From the NCBI RefSeq assembly GCF_963853765.1, contig NC_088858.1:2170001-2234000 (forward strand): a stretch of 64,000 nucleotides of DNA, in the 5' to 3' direction. The notes under the pieces were generated by a model. That model made no database searches. It had not been told where the DNA came from and saw only the letters and a program-made list of their open reading frames with translations. Made by a program: the position numbers and the translations under genes. The first letter of the stretch is position 1. Every line of letters begins with the position of its first letter. Of the stretch, positions 60,701 through 64,000 are shown piece after piece. This DNA comes from Magallana gigas (taxonomy: Eukaryota).

Positions 60701-63646
60701 TAGTAGACGAACCTGGTTAAATTCCAAATATATTTTTACGCATTAAGGGCAAAACATGATTGAATAAATATCTGATTGTTTACATAATTGAATAGTTATG
60801 TGTCTGTATGAAAGTTTAAATCTCATTTAAAATGCATCAAAATATGAAAATGAGAAATGATTGGTATGTGATATCAACTGCCAGCATAAAAAACAAAGTA
60901 ACTTTTTCACAATTTATGTTCATTAGAAATAGCATAACAAATTCATGGGCTGATGTCAACAGTCGTCGAAAGACACTTGTAGTATTGGTAGAAAAACAAT
61001 ATTTTTACCTATTACTCCATTCTGGACCGGTGTACACCGAGCATACACATTACTTTACACATACACATAAAGTATAATACAAGTAATGAAGTTTTATTAA
61101 GTAAATGATAAAAATCGAAGAATGAATAAATACAGTATAATTTATGTAACATGTAACATATTCATCATTTTACCACTTTTGCAATTAGAGGTCTCCCCAG
61201 CACATGTTATTTTATTAAACCAAAGGGAAGGAGTCGATGAAATCTCACATAACCTTCAGACTTTCATGTTTCCGTTGGAAACACATGCATATGGTTTGCG
61301 TATTGCAGTCCTTTTTTATCTAAAAAAAAAACCAGCAACTTGATTTTTTTTAAATGTAATTTTATGTCGGTGTAAAAACATAATATAGAAAAGTCTTCGC
61401 CGATGTTACTGGGAACATTAATAAATGATTGCGTTTATATTTATTTTTTCAGTTGCAACGGTAGATCCTGAAATGTATCAAAATAAATCGGACTAATTTA
61501 AATATTATGCATAGTTTACAAACTACATTATACGGTTTAAAATTATAAACTGTGTAGACAATATTCTCTGTAAAGGTCCTTGAAAGAAAGACTACATAAC
61601 GGTTTTATACAATAAAAATTCCCTGTTGATACGAGTGCTATGTAGAATTAGAATTACGTGGATATATTAACCTTATCATATGAAGCGTTCAATTCAAAAG
61701 ACAATTTACAGTAATCCTACATCTGCTTTTGAAGAATTAGTTTGTTTTTTAATTTTGTTTTAGTCTGGAAAACGGAAAGACGCATACAATTCACATACCA
61801 GCGGTTGATGATGATGATGATGCAATTGAATGTGATCTTTCTATGTTTGTTGAAGCTGGGGCTTTCCAGAAAATAGTTAAAAATCTGACAATTACAAATA
61901 TTTTAGTGGTGAATGAAAAGGTACTGTTTTTTGTATTTTTGTAAATAACGCACACTGAAGATAAATCTAGTGATATCTTCTTCAATTTTCACTACTCTTT
62001 AAATGATCGATTTAATGAACAGAGGACAGTTATAAAATACTGACACTATTGTATTTCTTTGCAAAGGATTGTGTGCTTACCATCAATCTCAATAATACAA
62101 GATTCAGCGTGGGCGACACATTTGCTCTTCCAATCACAGTAAAGGACTATGGTAGAAAATACATTGTGACACTATCACGTCATTCCGCATATGAAACTCC
62201 ATTAGGAAGAGTTACTGTATTGGTAAGTTTTGATATTTTTAGAATTCATTTGTGACGATAAGATATGATCTTGAATCAGAAAATCATTTTTATTATCATT
62301 AAAGCTAATCAAGAGTCGTAAGAATGTTGTTTGGCTTGTAAAGATTAGTAAATATAAACTATGTCGAAACTTCACAAGAATGTAACTTTGTCTTTTAAAG
62401 CTTGCAGGCACTTTGGTAAATGTGGAATAGGGGTTTGGGCTGCCTCTGCATTTATTAAGGCAACATATCATATTTGTATATTGCAGATATATCTTGAATC
62501 AAATTGCAAATGAAATTAAATGAAGTGAACAATAAAGTCAAAATGTACTATGATTCTCCTGAAGGAATAGTTATAAAAACAAAATAATTCTTGAAACAAT
62601 ATTAAAACCACAATTTCTTGAATGCAGAAAAATGTTATTTTTATTATTGTAATACACATGTTGCTCCCAGTAACACAAATAATCGATAACACAATACGTG
62701 CAATTATTATATTTTCAATAAATGACATCAGTTGTTGTGTAAAAATGGTGTGTTATACGTACCTACATTCTTGGATCAAGTACCATTTGACTTCGTTTAT
62801 GTGAAACAGTTTCATTTTAAAACGACGCTAGTTCATTGTAAATTTTATTTACATTCAGATGTATTTCAAAGTAACAGGAAGGACGGATCCACCTAAGTTC
62901 ATACCGCCAACACCACCAAACAACCAAGCGTATACTGTTTATGTGGGCGGATATTTCTATATTAATGTATATGCAAAACCCACCGACATATCAAGGCAAG
63001 ATATTTACAAAGCCCTTTTCTTCAATCTTGAAATTTGTAATTAGGTTTTAGAAATGTAAGTGTCGGGTATTTTTACACAGCAAATGTATATTTTAAATAG
63101 AAGAATTATAAAATTCAACTTTCTGAGAAGAGACAGGACACGCGTGCAAAAGACAGCGATACAGTCCGTTCCAGGAGACCCAGCCGCAGTGTACATATCA
63201 ATGGGATGGTCTCCTGTAGACAGTGATATTGGGAAACACATCGTGTGTGCACATGCAGAAGATAGCAATGGGTATCGTTATATCATGTTTATAGCATTTG
63301 CGTCTAAGTTGTTGAAATAAAGTTTCATATCAATATCATTAAATGATTTTTTAACTTGCAATTGATAAAAGAAACCAAAAAAGTCCAAAGTTCATATAAA
63401 TAATTTTGCTAATCATTGCTCGTCCAAAAATGTATGCCCTGTTATATTTTAAAATGTTACAATGTTTAAAAATAAGATTTCTTTTCTAATATCTCAACAA
63501 ACTTAACCTTATTCAATTATACTTGATATTTTGTAGAAAACCAAACAAGTCTTTGTATTTTTCATCATTTTTTAAAAAATGATTAAAATAAATACATCAA
63601 TTATTTTTAGACTACAAACTGCTCTGTTATAAAATCAAAGTGAAAG
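57740..63646 (+). CDS. Paralogous secreted protein (family usually auto-annotated 'integrin beta-like protein', Dictyostelium Sib-like): signal peptide, N-terminal region, first X domain; may continue past the window
   Basis: Exons 57740-57856 (MKPLLFSLFLCLTLNEVYG, signal-like), 58471-58799, 59569-59712 (RTDTGKPNSSPVVLVKPYYR), 61764-61920 (IHIPAVDDDDDAIEC), 62067-62222, 62859-62995 (PPKFIPPTPPNNQ; GC donor), 63101-63271 (WSPVDSDIGKHIVCAHAEDSNG). Phases are consistent up to here. The candidate next exon 63611-63646 is out of frame. The family label is from motif recall, not a database search. Confidence 0.75.
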
Positions 63647-64000
63647 GTCATTTGTATAAAATAAAGGTGGTTTAGTCAGACCTATTATAAAAACAAAATT
63701 TAAAATCAATCAGACAATTTTTAGACCATTTTTGCGAATTTTCTATATATGCGTCTTTCTTTTGGCCAAAATACTTTTAAGATGACTCCCTAATCAGCAA
63801 ATGTTTGGTTAAAAAATTGTGTTTTTCTCTAATAATGATAACATGGTAGGACATATTATAAACAATTTCAATTTTTTTTAGTTCGTAATACAGCATTCAA
63901 ACAAACAAGTTCTTATCATCTATTTATAAATAAAAATATGTCAGATGCAATTTTGAATTTTATAAACCGATAAAACATTTTTACATAAAGAATGCGAAAT

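Noticed and set aside
61122-61343. 73-aa ORF with an acceptor inside an intron of the second gene
   Set aside because: Exons 59569-59712 and 61764 join in phase without it, and it has no family motif.

Overview
AT-rich, intron-rich animal DNA, most likely from a bivalve mollusc (oyster-like repeat families; inference), with two assembly gaps. (1) A large + strand gene enters at the left edge. I traced it by hand through 54 phase-compatible exons (53..45038, 4949 coding nt, about 1650 aa, no stop). It is a mosaic of 11 copies of an unnamed ~100-aa three-exon domain (called X here), 9 EGF-like exons, a Thr-rich linker and one ShK domain. (2) A paralogous + strand gene starts at 57740 with a signal peptide, a Sib/'integrin beta-like' type N-terminal region and a first X domain. 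(3) The introns hold many mobile elements: a full-length, recently inserted but disabled BEL/Pao LTR retrotransposon (6888..14533, TSD AGCGT) nested in the RT of a decayed DIRS-like element; a Penelope-like element forming a 1112-bp inverted repeat with a minimal hammerhead motif; a 2.6-kb foldback-like element with a 6-bp TSD; Helentron/HINE elements; MITEs; and a HERO-like LINE remnant. Most striking observation: the BEL element has no tRNA-type primer binding site, but joining the splice donor and the last splice acceptor inside its LTR creates TACGGA|TTTTTAC. This is the exact 13-nt reverse complement of the sequence immediately after the 5' LTR, which suggests splicing-dependent self-priming of reverse transcription.
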